Origin: a virus
Lineage: Duplodnaviria; Caudoviricetes
IMG/VR virus record: IMGVR_UViG_3300032301_000155
Span: 1 to 35,211 of that record
DNA length: 35,211 bases
Strand: one strand, 5' to 3'
Part shown: one piece after another, positions 34,782 to 35,211 of the stretch
Layout: each line of letters opens with the position of its first letter
Position numbering within the stretch: the stretch's first letter is position 1
Notes under the pieces: model-generated
The model's database searches: none
Told to the model about the DNA's origin: nothing
What the model saw: only the letters and a program-made list of their open reading frames with translations
Program-made: the position numbers and the translations under genes

Positions 34782-35211
34782 GAGCTGCTCCCTGTTTCAT
34801 CTTTTACCCGTAATGATGCAAGATTCCAGACGGGTTGCCTACTACTTTCGCCACCACCAGGAGATTCAATCGGTGCGCCTGGTTCGCCTGATCCTATCCG
34901 TAGTGCTTGTCCTAATGCTGAGCTTCCAATAGCGCCTTGCCCTGTAGTTGGAGAAGTGCCCACTAATTGTGTGCTCTGTTCACCAGAACCCGTTGTTCCA
35001 GCAGATCGTTGTGGTGCAAAGTATTCAGCTACATTTTGTGACACAAAAGGACCTGATAAAGCAGAAGCCAATCTAATGTCCTCTGGCGATCCACCGCTTG
35101 CTTGAACCCCTTGACCAATAGCTGAGGTAATTGCGCCAGTAGCACCGCCAATCGCAGCACTTTGCCCTGATCGCTCTAAATTTTGACCAGATAATTGCGC
35201 TCTAGTAAATC
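34778..35211 (-). CDS. 3' part of the 307-aa join-spanning ejection protein (starts at 613)
   Basis: Frame is open through the window end and continuous with 613-1 after removing the 123-bp overlap. Confidence 0.75.
   Translation of the reverse strand, partial: FTRAQLSGQNLERSGQSAAIGGATGAITSAIGQGVQASGGSPEDIRLASALSGPFVSQNVAEYFAPQRSAGTTGSGEQSTQLVGTSPTTGQGAIGSSALGQALRIGSGEPGAPIESPGGGESSRQPVWNLASLRVKDETGSSS
35089..35211. repeat. 123-bp terminal direct repeat, right copy
   Basis: Exact copy of 1-123. Confidence 0.97.

Overview
The window is a complete, circularly assembled tailed-phage genome. Bases 1-123 are repeated exactly at 35089-35211, giving a unique length of about 35,088 bp, and one gene runs across the join. 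Gene content points to a small podovirus-type (P22/T7-like short tail) phage; the GT9-like gene, lipoprotein and 3TM holin suggest a Gram-negative host, possibly aquatic, but that is inference only. A long minus-strand late arm runs from 19246 to 1 and continues from 35088 to 28559. It carries a GT2 glycosyltransferase, large terminase, portal, scaffold, major capsid, decoration proteins, tail adaptor and nozzle, fibres, a glycine-rich adhesin, four ejection-type proteins, a holin, an M15A endolysin and small basic proteins. The plus-strand arm (19283-28448) carries a GT9-like enzyme, an amidoligase plus class II glutamine amidotransferase cassette, YqaJ/RecT-like/SSB-like/RusA recombination genes, a nuclease-like gene, another glycosyltransferase and an FkbM methyltransferase. 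I recognised no integrase, repressor, DNA polymerase, primase/helicase, tRNA or CRISPR array. Highlights the ORF track misses: three RBS-bearing 12-14 aa Arg/Lys micro-ORFs between portal and capsid genes, followed by GNRA hairpins; a candidate pseudoknotted RNA at the end of the late operon; a holin that appears to start at AUA; a 4-kb GATC-free island holding the amidoligase cassette; and a near-consensus promoter firing into an ORF-less AT-rich tract (candidate origin). All calls come from motif reading by eye; no searches were run.
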